64,000 nt of DNA from Leucoraja ocellata. Its lineage: Eukaryota. Positions within the stretch are counted from its first letter, which is position 1; every line of letters starts with the position of its first letter. The position numbers and the translations under genes are program-made. The notes under the pieces were generated by a model, which saw only the letters and a program-made list of their open reading frames with translations, had not been told where the DNA came from and did no database searches. Below, piece after piece: positions 1 through 13,300 of the stretch. The stretch is from contig JAWMAR010001270.1 in NCBI GenBank assembly GCA_036785375.1, forward strand, positions 62,001 through 126,000. Reading direction: 5' to 3'.

Positions 1-480
1 CCATTCTCTTCCAAATGGAAGTAAATCCTATCCAAATGAATCATATCCAATAGCCTCCCTATTATTGACGTGTGGTGCACCAGGCCCATATTAGTTAAAT
101 TCCCTCTATTTCCCTTTTTAAACAATGGAACAACATTAGCTACTCTGCAGTCCTCCAGATCATTGCATTTAGCCAGAAAAAATGCTAAAATCTTTGTCAA
201 GGTTCTTGCAATTTCCGCTCTTGCCTCTCTCAAGAAATATATCGCATTAGGCCCTGTGGATTTATCCACGTTAATGTTTTTTTAAAAACCCCTGTATCTT
301 AATCCAAAATCTGTCCTTGAATATTAATATTCTCAACACTGAACTCACCGTCTTCCATGCCCTTCTCCTCAGTCAATACAGATGCAATGTATCTGTTTAG
401 TACTTTGCCTCAACCCGTCTCCATGCACAACATTGAGTGACCCCTCCCCTATCTTCGTTACCCTCTTGTTTTAATGTAGG
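1..480 (-). mobile_element. Decayed CR1 LINE ORF2 fragment
   Basis: The reverse strand encodes DCRVANVVPLFKK, matching DWRVANVTPLFKK of the CR1 at 8641. Confidence 0.75.
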
Positions 481-1305
481 TATTTTTTTTAAGGGATTGT
501 ATGTAATCCGACTCCCCAAAACCATTTTGTGGCAGCTTTTATACTGGAGTCACTCAGCAGGACAGGCAGCATCTCTGGAGACAAGGAATGGGTGACGTTT
601 CGGGACCCTTCTTCAAGCGTCTGGTGGCAACTTTTGGTCCTTCTAATCGTCCATTTCAGTTCATCCTTCCTTGCTTTATATTCCAATTAAAATCAGGCTG
701 TGTTGAAGCGAAAGAAATAAAGAAAGAAATATCTGGGTTAGTTACTCCTGTTGTTTTTCCAGTGGGCTTCAAGCCCCGGGACATGGAACATAAGAGAGAT
801 TAGAAAGACATCAAACCCGAAGTGCGGTGACGAAATAAATTCATAAACTCATAAATCAAAGCAGAATTAGACCATTCAGCCCATCGAGTCTTCTCCGCCA
901 TTCTATCATGACTGATTAACCCTTCGCTCTCAACCACATTCTCCTTCCTTCCCCCGGTAATTTTTTTTTTAAGTTCATATTAGATTGTAAGTCCCTTACG
1001 TCGAATGAGGAAAATCTGCGATTCTCTTCTGAATGGTCAGTCAATCATTTGAACATGGATCCAGGGAAGTCTGAGAGAGAATTGTACCCCGATAGAAACT
1101 GTTCACTTGGCAGTGGGGGCGGACCCTCGCTCATACTAGCACTCCACCAACACCGAACCAAATGTGAAACCCACTTTACCGTCATGTGACATCCTATGTC
1201 ATGGTCACAAGCGGAAAATATTTATTCACCAGCAACTCTTTCTTGCAAGGATCTTTTAGGAAACTTCTCTCATTTGCAACAAACGGCCAACAACTTTCTT
1301 ATAAT

Positions 1306-1360
1306 ATGACAGTGGAAGCATCATTTCGGTACATGGCCCTTCTGGTGACAGTTTGGCAAG
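1306..1360 (+). CDS. G1 leader exon MTVEASFRYMALLVTVWQ
   Basis: 55 nt, phase-1 donor G|gtact; same length and similar sequence as the G3, G4 and G5 leaders. Confidence 0.85.
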
Positions 1361-4300
1361 GTACTTTTAGATATATGTGCCGGTCCATCATATTCAATTC
1401 TGTTTTAGAATACTCCATTTAGTTGCCCACTGTGAATTTAGTTACAGTGCTTCTCCAGCTCGCTTGTCGCTAATTCTAATTTACTGTTGTAATTTTCAAC
1501 TCTTGATTCATTTTCCTTGTCCAGTTTGTGCAACTGTTTTCAGTGTTTTTCCTTAATTTCTGGCAGCCAACGAAGTAACTTCGACCAAAGTGGACCAATT
1601 CCCGAAAGAGCTGACAGTCCACAGAGGAGGCAATGCGTCCATGTTCTGCACGTTCTCAATACAACAAGTTACTCTTGATGTTTCTTGGTGGAGATGGGGA
1701 GAGAAGACATTTATAGAACCAGACAGCAGAAAAATAATTTCTACCAAAAAGGGCAGTGGGGATTTTGTTCTCCTGAATGCAAATGTAGCGGACTCCGGGG
1801 TTTATTATTGTAAAGTGAAACATCAGCAGCAATCTATCGGAGATGGAGCTGGCTCCAGGCTGACTGTAATTGGTAAGTATCCCATGACGGAGAGAACGTA
1901 AGCTCTCTATAGTATAAATTATGCTCTCTAATGTGAATAACATCACATTTTATCGCTGGGTTAAAACTGGATGATTACTAATAACTGTATTTTATGTTAT
2001 GAATTCAAACCACTCCGCCGACTTGAAATCTGAAATGTCTGGAAATAATTAGCTGATCGGGCAGCATGTGTGTGGCGAGGGAGGGTTGTTCTCGTTTTTC
2101 GTGCTTCCAGGGGGCCTTTTCCTTTGTCCTTCTGTAGTCGCGCTGCTATCGCCCACGATTCAGATTCACTCTTCATCATTCCCACGGTGCTCAGTGACCA
2201 CATTGTTTTTCAGTGAAGATGCTCAAGCCACTTGGATATTTAATCTGGACTGTGGGAAGTATGGCGGCTTTTTCCTCACGGGAATCATTTTAACACATTG
2301 AGTCTGGGTCTGTTCTTATGTATAATGAAAAGTCACCATTCCAGGCCAACTGTGGCTACAACCTCCCCAGAACTGTGTCCACCCACAGTCCACACACAAT
2401 CTTACCCTTTTTGACGCAACCGCTACAAATTGTCTACCCAGTATTTGTTATAACTAATTTTCAGAAATCTATTAGTTTTATCCTTAAAGTCAGGAAACGT
2501 GTGAATAAAGGGAGCTCTCATGATTTGGATGTAATAAAGATAGACAAAAAACGCTGGAGTTACCCTGCGGGACAGGCAGCATCTCCAGACTGAAGAAGGG
2601 TCTCGACCCGAAACGTCACCCAATTATTTTTTCTAGAGATGCTGCCTGTCCCGCTGAGTTACATTTTTGTGTATTCGAGCATTTTTATTTAACCGCCAAA
2701 TATCTGTAAAGCACGAACAGAATGTAATTGTCTTTTGAGGAAACACCAGTGCTCCTGTCCTTGCAAATCGTGGTTTCCATTTACACGACCCTCGGTTGAA
2801 ATGCCTACAAGTAAAACGGCGCTGTCACTGAACTTAGCAACAAATATTTATTCCACGTAAAATAATCTGTTTTTGTGCCATGGAGAAACTGAGTTTTAGT
2901 TGGTAGTGCACTCGCTGAGGTTGGGAATAAACACATAACTCTCTTCCGAAGGCAATAATGATCCTGATTCAATAACTTGTTAGTACAAAAATGGAATGTA
3001 AGAAGATTTAAAAGTTAGATGTTCAACAGATTGCTTGTACTGGGCTCACAATACACCTGTCCTTCCAGCTAAACACTGACTAGATTTAACTGAGAAAGAT
3101 CAGTGTTCGTAAATGACAAATATGGAGTTCGGTTCAATAGAATCTTACTTACATGTAAGTAATCGAGCGTTCAATATATCGAGCAAATTTAGAAAAGGTC
3201 ATAGATATAGATAAAATGTGTTGCCACATTGGAAGTCACTTTCACGTTCTATCACCTTTATTTGTTATTATCAACCAATTGTCAGTATAACTCAATCATA
3301 CCGTATATCGCGGCCTGGAAAAGGTTTTCCTTGTGAAAGTTACTTCATCTGAACTCTCAACCCCAGTCTGGCACATGTGACAATTAAATGTATCTTGAAT
3401 CTTGTATCTTGAACTATTATGGGGCCAAACCTCAGATCGATAGATGTAGCCAAACCCTGCCCCTCGACCATATGCATTGGCGAGATGTGAATATATACAG
3501 GGCTGGATTCGTTAGGATTCGTTAGTCTGTGTGCAGTTTAACAATCTCCTCGCAAATTCGTGGTTTTTCTTCCGTTGCTACGCTAACTTACCCATTGCCA
3601 ACTTTTCGCTGGTTGGTAGGGTAGCCAGTGGTAAATTATCCCGTGATAATTGATTGTGGTGGGGAAGAATGAGGACAGTTGATATGGATGCGACAGGAAA
3701 ATTGGATAAATTAATAGGAGTTTAATAGTCAGCGTGAAGGCGACACCGGGCCTGTATCATTCTTTGCAACAAACATGTAAAACACAGTCATTGCTGGCGT
3801 AATTACTAAATATTGCTGTCAGCTTCTTCGGCGCGCTAAATCTGGCACTTCCATTCAGAACAATGGGACATTCTCCGCATATTACTTAAATCGAAAATCA
3901 CATTCCTATGTGTTCCTTGAATGTATTTTACTGTCCATGGTAAGACGAACTATAAATCAGTGACAAATCCATGAGTTTAAAAGTGAACGTACCGATAACC
4001 CATGTGGTCATGATACTGCAATGTCTTCACAAGCCGTATGACAGAGTATTCATTGACATGGAAAGAAGACATCCAACATAACTTGTTTTCCTTCTGTTAC
4101 AGCTCCGCCAACTCCCCTGAGCATTAGCCAAGTTAATGGCAGTTCGCCGCCAAAACTTGTGTGTCAAACGGCTGCCTTTTCCCCGAAGGAAGTCAAAATA
4201 TCCTGGCAAAGAAATGGTGTAACAATTTCCACCGGGGAAGAACCTGTGAACAACAGTAGCGTGGAGGGATTGTATGTGGCTTCCAGCTTTCTCGAAGTAA

Positions 4301-7300
4301 CAAAGCCTACCTGGCGCGTTGATATTTACACCTGCCTAGTGTCACATGTCTCCCTTGCGGTCCCCGCCAGAGTTGACTACACCGTCAAGCCAGGTAAGAC
4401 TGGCAAACAGAACTGGGAACAGAGGGAGACCTCCGATCCGATTTAGAAATTATATCTGGCCGAATACTGTACGTGTAGTAGTAAATGTTAACCTATTTAT
4501 TCACAGTAGAATATCGATGTGCAAGCAACCTAATGCATCATTTAGCGCTATATTTTCTCAATTAGAACTGCGACGATTAATTAATACGTTTAATGTATAT
4601 CGTGCGTGTGAAACAGCAAACTTTCAGGCACTTGACCGTGGTGTAGCAAGCAAACATTCAACTCTCGACTACAAAGTGACATAGTATGACGAATGGGGAA
4701 GGAGATTGCTCTGAACAAGACATATTTTCTTTAAGACAGGAAGTCGGCTTTTAACGTTTGTATTAAGGCGATAAATTTCACTTCCCAGAGATACGCGAAT
4801 CTTTGTAATTCCGTACCTCGGAACATCACAGATCCATAATGTTGTATTTCAGAGCTGAGATCAATAGTTTTTGAAAATGATGATCAAGGGCAACAGGTGC
4901 ATAGGAACGCGCCATCTCCTGCAAATTCCCTTCCGAGTCACACACCATCATGACTTGTAAATAAATCGGCCGTATCGTCGCTTGGATTTGATCTTGGAAC
5001 TCCCTACCCAATAACACTGGAATTATCTTCGAGAGGACTGCAGTGATTCACTGCACTGCCACACTGTGAAGGACAAGTATGAATTGGGAATACTGTATGT
5101 GCTGGCCTTGTCAGTTTACCCAGATCATTTGTGTTTTAAAATCAAAAGGTATGAACAATGGGCAAGAATTGGATTATAATCGAGGAACGACCACAATCTT
5201 GCACCCGGAGAGGTCATCTGACCTTATTCTCTAGTCCTTATAAGTTTACCAACATGAAATGTCACTATATTCGTCTAGTTGTATTCAAATGTAATTATTC
5301 TCATCCGTTTACTGTCCATGATGCAACCAACTACCCACACTATGCCCCTCAATGCCCTTCTGGCTTATAACCGCCCCTTAAATGTTCTACCATTTCTACC
5401 AAGTATCATATGTGCCAGGAGCAGGTAAGTAGGAGGCAAAGGAGATTTCTTTTTAAATGTTTCCAGCATCTGCAAAGTTCTGGAGATACTTGGCATCCCT
5501 GGTAGCTTCTGCGGAGGGTAGCTGAAGAATGGTCACTACTCGAAACGTAATTTCCCTCCAGCAGTGCAACTAAGCCTGTTGAGTTCCTACGACAGGCAGC
5601 TGGGACTAGCTCGGTTGGGCAACGTGCTCGGCATGGGTGAGTTTGGTGGAATGACCGGTTTTCGTGCTTTGACTCTCCTAATTTCTCATAATCTGCGATT
5701 TGGAGGCAAATCTTGTTGGAAGGCCTGCCTGTTTCTTGAAATATTTTAACACGTTAAAGGCTTGCAATCCCGCACGGAAATGTAAATTGCTTTTGTTACA
5801 CCTTAAAAGCTGTAGAATCAGGTGCTATATGCCAGTCCTAAAATATGGAATCTGCTAAGATAAAAGCAAGTCTCACTTTATACTTCATAAGTAACTTTCA
5901 TACAGAGAGAGAAGCTCACTGGATCATTGTGTGACACGGTTTACGTGTTTACCATACATCTGTGTTGGAAGGAACTGCAAATGGTGGTTTACACTGGTGT
6001 AACAGCGGGCCAAGCAGCATCATCGAAGAGAAGGAATGGGTGACGTTTCGTGTCAAGACACCTCTTCAGACTGAGAGTCAGTGGAAAGGGAAACTAGAGA
6101 TATGGAAGGTTACAAAGAGATGTCAGCTGAAAATGACAGATCAAAGCAGACGATATATATTTATTCGCTAACTTGCAAATAATGCAATTCGTTCCATTCG
6201 GTATATATTGGAATGCTTGTACACCAAGGATTAAAAAGACACATTCGGAGTGCTCTGCCTTCCTGACTCCTAATTTCTCACCAGTTTCTTGGTTTATCTG
6301 TTTTACAGTTTTAAATGTATCTGCTTCTCCTGCAGACTCTAATCTCGCACTGATTCTCGGATGTGTACTGGGCGTATTGGCAATTTTAATCCCGATTATA
6401 ATTTTGATAGTACTCAGAATAAAGGCAACAAATGGTAAGACCGTTATTTATTTTTGCCAATTGCTTTAATATCCTTACAGTATTTCAGAAAACAGGAACA
6501 TTGAATTAATAAATGTCGAGTGCAGAAGAAGAAACATTGTAGGTCATCATTAGGTGATCATTAGGTCATCATTAGGTGATCATTCACATAACAAAAACAT
6601 TATGACAGTTAACTATTGAAATGTGCTGGAACATTTTATTTTTTTCAAAATTCGAATTATTCGCTCATCGACTGCGTCTTTATTTCACATCTAAGAGGAA
6701 TTGTTCATACATTACATTTTATTCTTTAAAACTATTGAATCTTAAGGAATTTGATATGGATCTTGACTTTGTTTGTGAGCAACCTGCTCTAACTTGCCAC
6801 ACTTTTTATTTTCATTGTAATTTTGGAATGTGACACGGCTGCTGACACGCTATCACCATTTGATAATTTAATTCAAAGTCATGTTCGATTACATATTACA
6901 GACTATGCGAAGTTAATACACTAACACAAGATTGCAAAAACCGCTATTGCTAAACGGTTTCAAATATAACGGCGCCATCAGGAGTTCTTACTTTAGCCAA
7001 TACATTTGATTATCTTCAAAGACACAATATTCATTTTGTTGTCTTGTTTTCTTTAGATGTTAATAAAAATTCGATGGAATCAAGTCGAAGTGCAGAAACG
7101 GTAGGGTGCAATGCTCTTAGTATTGCCATTTTTTTTCAAAAATGTTCTTTAGCAAAGATTTTAATTTCATTGAGTAAAATCTAGAATTATTGTGGCACAG
7201 TGGAAGCTGTCCTGTTTATATCAACCTTGCATTTTCGAGTAATTACCAATATTATTTTCAATTTCAAAGAATGCACTCCAAATCATTAACGTTAAGTCAC

Positions 7301-10300
7301 TGATGAAGCGTTTGTCATGTTCATCGATCTGCTGCTGTCGGGCAAAAAACTTTGTTCTCTCAAGGATGCGATTCGGGGGCAGGTAACATAACTCTAAAAT
7401 GTTCTGAGTAGGACGGTTGGATTGTCGATAGATTCTGCTGGCACAATGACCTGGCCATTATCGTTGGGGGAAACTCGAAGTTGGCTGCACGAAGCATTCT
7501 GGACCCGCTAGATTGAGCAGTAGCGATGCCTTCAGATCATCGGGGTCATTTAGTGAGCATAATCACGTTCAAACATGCGCCATCGCTCATCTGTCAGTAA
7601 AACACAAGGGGACTCGGTTTTCGACAGGAATTGGCCATAACGTTGAAAAATCACAAAATAAAACTGATAAAGAAAATAAACAGCGGTAAACGAACGTAGT
7701 GGGTTAGACCCAATAACTATGTAATTACCCGACTCGCACTCAGATAAAGGTATAAGCATCTTTAATATCCATTCCAGTATCAGATATGCAGTACATTATA
7801 CATTCATTCTGCTGCAACTACTGAATACAGTAAGCGAGTTCTTACACCATAAAGCATGCACTAGGCAGAGTTATTATTACTAAGCATTCTGATTGGCTAA
7901 CATCCAATAGTCAATCTACAACCCCCATTGCCTAATCTACACCATATCCCTTATACCTCTCTCCATTCCCCACCAGGAAGGTCTCGGGGCATTCCCAATC
8001 TTTTTATGGAGATCCAATCAGTTCCCCTCAACTAACACTTTCCTCCATCTGGCAGAATACGTCTTCAGCTTTAACAACTATTCTTGACTCCTCTCACTTT
8101 CTTTAAGTCAAAGGTATAGCCTTGTATCTTTGTTTATATTTAGAATTGACACCCTGTGCAAGTGTACAAACAGCATGGGTGCGACTCCCCCGTTGATGGA
8201 TTGCTTTCACAATTTGTCACCACGGACACCTTTCCATTTCTAGGCCTGGTTTTCAACGTGATTGTTCTCAAACACGACTTACAAATTAGATTTTTGGATT
8301 CAAGTTTCTTGGTGCAGTGGATCACTTCTGAGGCAGAGGTGACCTGTACAATAGGGATGGTTGCACCTGAACTGTTTGGAACCAATATCGAGGCAGTTCC
8401 CGAGGCAGGTTCGGTCCTGGGCCTCCTCCATTGATAGAGTAAGACCACATGCAAATTGGTGGAACAGCACCTCATAATTCACTTGGGTAGCTTCACCCTT
8501 GGATAGTGGTATGAACATTAAATTATACAATTTTTTGCTAACTTCTACATACTCACCTCCCCTCGCTTTTCTGCCCCTTCTCCCTCCCCAATCCCGATCC
8601 TCAGCTAAATGTCAGGTAACCAGTTCACAATTACGTATCCTGTAGGTCCCTTGCAGTCAGAAACAGGTGAGTTGATCATGGGGAACAAGGATATGGCGGA
8701 CCAATTGAATAACTACTTTGGTTCCGTCTTCACTAAGGAAGACATAAATAATTTGCCGGAAATAGCAGGGGACCGCGGGTCAAAGGAGTTGGAGGAATTG
8801 AGTGAAATCCAGGTTAGCCGGGAAGTGGTGTTGGGTAAATTGAATGGATTAAAGGCCGATAAATCCCCAGGGCCAGATAGGCTGCATCCCAGAGTACTTA
8901 AGGAAGTAGCTCCAGAAATAGTGGATGCATTAGTAATAATCTTTCAAAACTCTTTAGATTCTGGAGTAGTTCCTGAAGATTGGCGGGTAGCAAACGTAAC
9001 CCCACTTTTTAAGAAGGGAGGGAGAGAGAAAATGGGGAATTACAGACCAGTTAGTCTAACATCGGTAGTGGGGAAACTGCTAGAGTCAGTTATTAAAGAT
9101 GGGATAGCAGCACATTTGGAAAGTGGTGAAATCATTGGACAAAGTCAGCATGGATTTACGAAAGGTAAATCATGTCTGACGAATCTTATAGAATTTTTCG
9201 AGGATGTAACTAGTAGCGTGGATAGGGGAGAACCAGTGGATGTGGTGTATCTGGACTTCCAGAAGGCTTTCGACAAGGTCCCACATACGAGATTAGTATA
9301 CAAACTTAAAGCACAAGGCATTGGGGGTTCAGTATTGATGTGGATAGAGAACTGGCTGGCAAACAGGAAGCAAAGAGTAGGAGTAAACGGGTCCTTTTCA
9401 CAATGGCAGGCAGTGACTAGTGGGGTACCCCAAGGCTCAGTACTGGGACCCCAGCTATTTACAATATATATTAATGATCTGGATGAGGGAATTGAAGGCA
9501 ATATCTCCAAGTTTGCGGATGACACTAAGCTGGGGGGCAGTGTTAGCTGTGAGGAGGATGCTAGGAGACTGCAGGGTGACTTGGATAGGCTGGGTGAGTG
9601 GGCAAATGTTTGGCAGATGCAGTATAATGTGGATAAATGTGAGGTTATCCATTTTGGTGGCAAAAACAGGAAAGCAGACTATTATCTAAATGGTGGCCGA
9701 TTGGGAAAGGGGGAGATACAGCGAGACCTGGGTGTCATGGTACACCAGTCATTGAAGGTAGGCATGCAGGTACAGCAGGCAGTAAAGAAAGCGAATGGTA
9801 TGTTAGCTTTCATTGCAAAAGGATTTGAGTATAGGAGCAGAGAGGTTCTACTGCAGTTGTACAGGGTCTTGGTGAGACCACACCTGGAGTATTGCGTACA
9901 GTTTTGGTCTCCAAATCTGAGGAAGGACATTATTGCCATAGAGGGAGTGCAGAGACGGTTCACCAGACTGATTCCTGGGATGTCAGGACTGTCTTATGAA
10001 GAAAGACTGGATAGACTTGGTTTATACTCTCTAGAATTTAGAAGATTGAGAGGGGATCTTATAGAAACTTACAAAATTCTTAAGGGGTTGGACAGGCTAG
10101 ATGCAGGAAGATTGTTCCCGATCTTAGGGAAGTCCAGGACAAGGGGTCACAGCTTAAGGATAAGGGGGAAATCCTTTAAAACCGAGATGAGAAGAACTTT
10201 TTTCACGCAGAGAGTGGTGAATCTCTGGAACTCTCTGCCACAGAGGGTAGTTGAGGCCAGTTCATTGGCTATATTTAAGAGGGAGTTAGATGTGGCCCTT

Positions 10301-13300
10301 GTGGCTAAGGGGATCAGGGGGTATGGAGAGAAGGCAGGTACGGGATACTGAGTTGGATGATCAGCCATGATCATGTTGAATGGCGGTGCAGGCTCGAAGG
10401 GCCGAATGGCCTACTCCTGCACCTAATTTCTATGTTTCTATGTTTCTATGTATCCCTCGTGGGATCGCACCACCCCTAGACAACAATTGTCCTATCCAGG
10501 AACACCTAGTCTTGGGTTGTCTGTTGCTGGCATTGATCTGTCCTGGTCTTTTTTTGCTTCCAGACCCCCCTCTCTACAATCAGTCTGAAGAAGGGTCCTG
10601 GACCGAAACGGCACCTATCCGTTTTCTGCTAAAATGCTGCCTGTCCCACTGAGATACTGCAGCATTTTGTGTCTGTCTCAGGTTTTGCTAATATTACATG
10701 GGTGGATTTAAGTTAGATTGGCGGGGGGGGGGGGGGGGGGGGGGGGGAATCCAATTCAGGACTGAGGCAGGTGAGAAACAGATGCTGAGAGAATGTTTAG
10801 AGGAGAGAATAGGCAGGAGCATGGCAAGGAGTGAGGAAAGACTATTGGATTGAATTGTATTTATTTTAATGCGAGAGGTCTATAGGTAATGTGTAGCGGG
10901 TACGTGCGACTGGGACATTGTAGCCATTACAGAAACCTGGCTAAGAAAGGGACAGGATACAGATGTTATAGGAGAGAGAGGTAGCAGTTAGAGGAAGTAG
11001 TGTTGCTTTATTTAAGGAGAACTTAATGGCAGTAGTCCGAGATGACATTATTGATCGTCGTTCAGTGAGTTTATATGGGTGGAAATATGAAATTGTTGTT
11101 GGGAGCGTTCTTTAGACCTCCAAATAATCAACAGGAATTTAGAAGAGCAAATATGCCAGGAGATTGCAGGCATCTTCAAGACTAATGTTGTCAAATCTGG
11201 GATTTTCATATTCTCAATATAGACTGGGATTGTCATAACACCTAGAGTTTAGACGGAATGGAAATTGTCAAATATGGTCAGGAAAGTTACCTTAGACAAT
11301 ATGTAGGGGGGCCTTACATAGGAGAGGGCAAAGCTTGATCTACCCAAAGGACATTGGAAAGGGAAGTGACTGATGTGTTCATAGATTACCCTTTTGGGAC
11401 CAGTGCTCACTGTTCTATTAACTTTAAAATAGTTATGGATAAAGACTCATGGGTGGACCCATGAGTTCAAATTCTGAATTTGGGCAAGGCCAACTTTTAA
11501 GGTGTTAGACAGGAATTTGCTAAATTTAATTCAAGTAGGTTGTTTGTGGGCAAAGGAACATTCAGGAACATACTTGGAAAGGAAATCAGGAGGCCAACAG
11601 GTGGTCAAGAGGAAACGCTTGCAAATAATATTAAGGTAAATCCAGATTTTATAAAATATTAGGCAAAATAAGCTAACTAGAGAGTATAGGCCCCACAGAA
11701 ACCAAAGTGGTCATCTCTGCGTGGAGCGGCAGGAGATGGGCAAGGTACTCAACGAGTATTTCTCCTCTGTTTTTAACATGAAGACTGGGAACTTGGGACA
11801 GTTAATGAAAATGTCTTGACAGCCCACATTACGATCGAGGAGGTGCTGAATGTCCTGAGGTGTATGAATGTAGAATAATCTACCAGACCTGATCAGATAT
11901 ATCAGAGGACACTGTGGGAAGTTAGAGAAGAAATAGCATCTTGGCTGAGGTAAACAAATCATCATTAAACAGGTCTGAGCTGCAGAAAATGTTTGGATTT
12001 ATTTCCCGACATGCAATACCTCACACTTATCTGCACATGCCTAACTGATCAAGATCCTGCTGTAATATTTGATGACCATCTTCATTATCTACTTTACCAC
12101 TGACTTAATGTCATCTGCAAGCTTACCAAAAAAATCTTCTATATTCTGGCCCTAATCATTGACATGCAACACAAACGGCAATGAATCCAGCACCAATCCC
12201 CGAGGCACACCCTTACTCCCAGGCCGCCAGACATTCCTTGCTGGAGACAGAGGAACTTGGAACAATAATAGAAATCTCGAGGACAGTATGTATGATGTTT
12301 GAGGAGCATACACAAAAAGCTGGAGTAACTCAGTGGGACAGGCATCATCTCTGGAGAAAAGGAATGGGTGCCGTTTTGGGTCGAGACACTTCTTTAGACC
12401 CTTCTTCCTCATGGTTGAGGAGGTACTGAATGTCATTGCAAAGAAAATCTTAGGAACTATAGATCAGCGAGCCAAATATCTGTGGTAGGCAAATTACTGG
12501 AGAGAAACATTAGATTGCATAGGATCCAGGGAGTACTGGAAAGAATTGGCTTCATGGAAGGAAGCAGAGGTGATGGCGAAAGGTTGTTTGTCTGACTGGA
12601 GGCCCGTGACTAGTGTTATGCCTCAGGGATCAGTGCTGGGCCCATTGCTATTTGTGGTTTGTATCAATGATTTGAATGAGAATGTACAAGGCATGGTTAA
12701 TAAGTTTGCAGGTGACACTAAAGTGGGTGGTATCGTAGATAACGCAGATATTTGATCAGTTAGGGAAATGGGCTGAGAGATTGTTAATGCAGATAAGCAC
12801 AAGGTGTTGCATTTTGGGAAATCAAACCAGGACAAGTCCCCACGCAGTGAAAGGCAGGGTCCTGGGAAGTGTTGTGGAGCAAAGGGATCTAATATTGTAG
12901 GTACCCAAAATTGCTGGAGAAACTTAGCGGGTGCAGCAGCATCTATGGAGCTAAGGAAATAGGCGACGTTTCGGGCCGAAACCCTTCTTCAGACTGATGA
13001 GGAGTGGGGGGGGGGGGGGGGGGGGGGGAGGAAGGAAAAAGGGAGGATGAGCCCGAGGGCAGGGGGGGCAGGGAGATGGGAGGAGACAACTTGAGGGTTA
13101 AGGAAAGGGAGGAGACAGGAAGGGCTAGCAAAATTGGGAGAATTCCTTGAAAGTGGTGTCACAGATAGAGTGGTCAGGTGACTTTTGGTATGTTGGCCTT
13201 CATCAGTCAGGATGGAGAACGTACAGACTCCAGACAGGCAAGCACCCAGGGTCCAAGGTCAGGATCCAACCCGAGTCTCTGGCACTAAGGCAGCACCAAT

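Noticed and set aside
1428-1434. CACTGTG heptamer in the G1 leader-V intron
   Set aside because: No properly spaced nonamer, wrong position, and not conserved in paralogs.
1567-4393. Rearranging Ig or TCR locus (V, J, C segments)
   Set aside because: The V exons end in a J-like strand and a splice donor. No heptamer-spacer-nonamer was seen next to them, and the tails carry ITIM-like motifs.
7365-7382. Mini-exon DAIRGQ in the G1 tail intron
   Set aside because: It has AG/GT and compatible phase but no homology in paralogs.
8609-10351. 580-aa ORF as a host gene or autonomous element
   Set aside because: It is a 5'-truncated CR1 ORF2 lacking the endonuclease, and the ATG comes from flanking DNA.
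9145-10374. Antisense and alternate-frame ORFs over CR1 copies (also at 27025-27669 and 48727-49884)
   Set aside because: These are shadow frames that recur only because the elements are near-identical.
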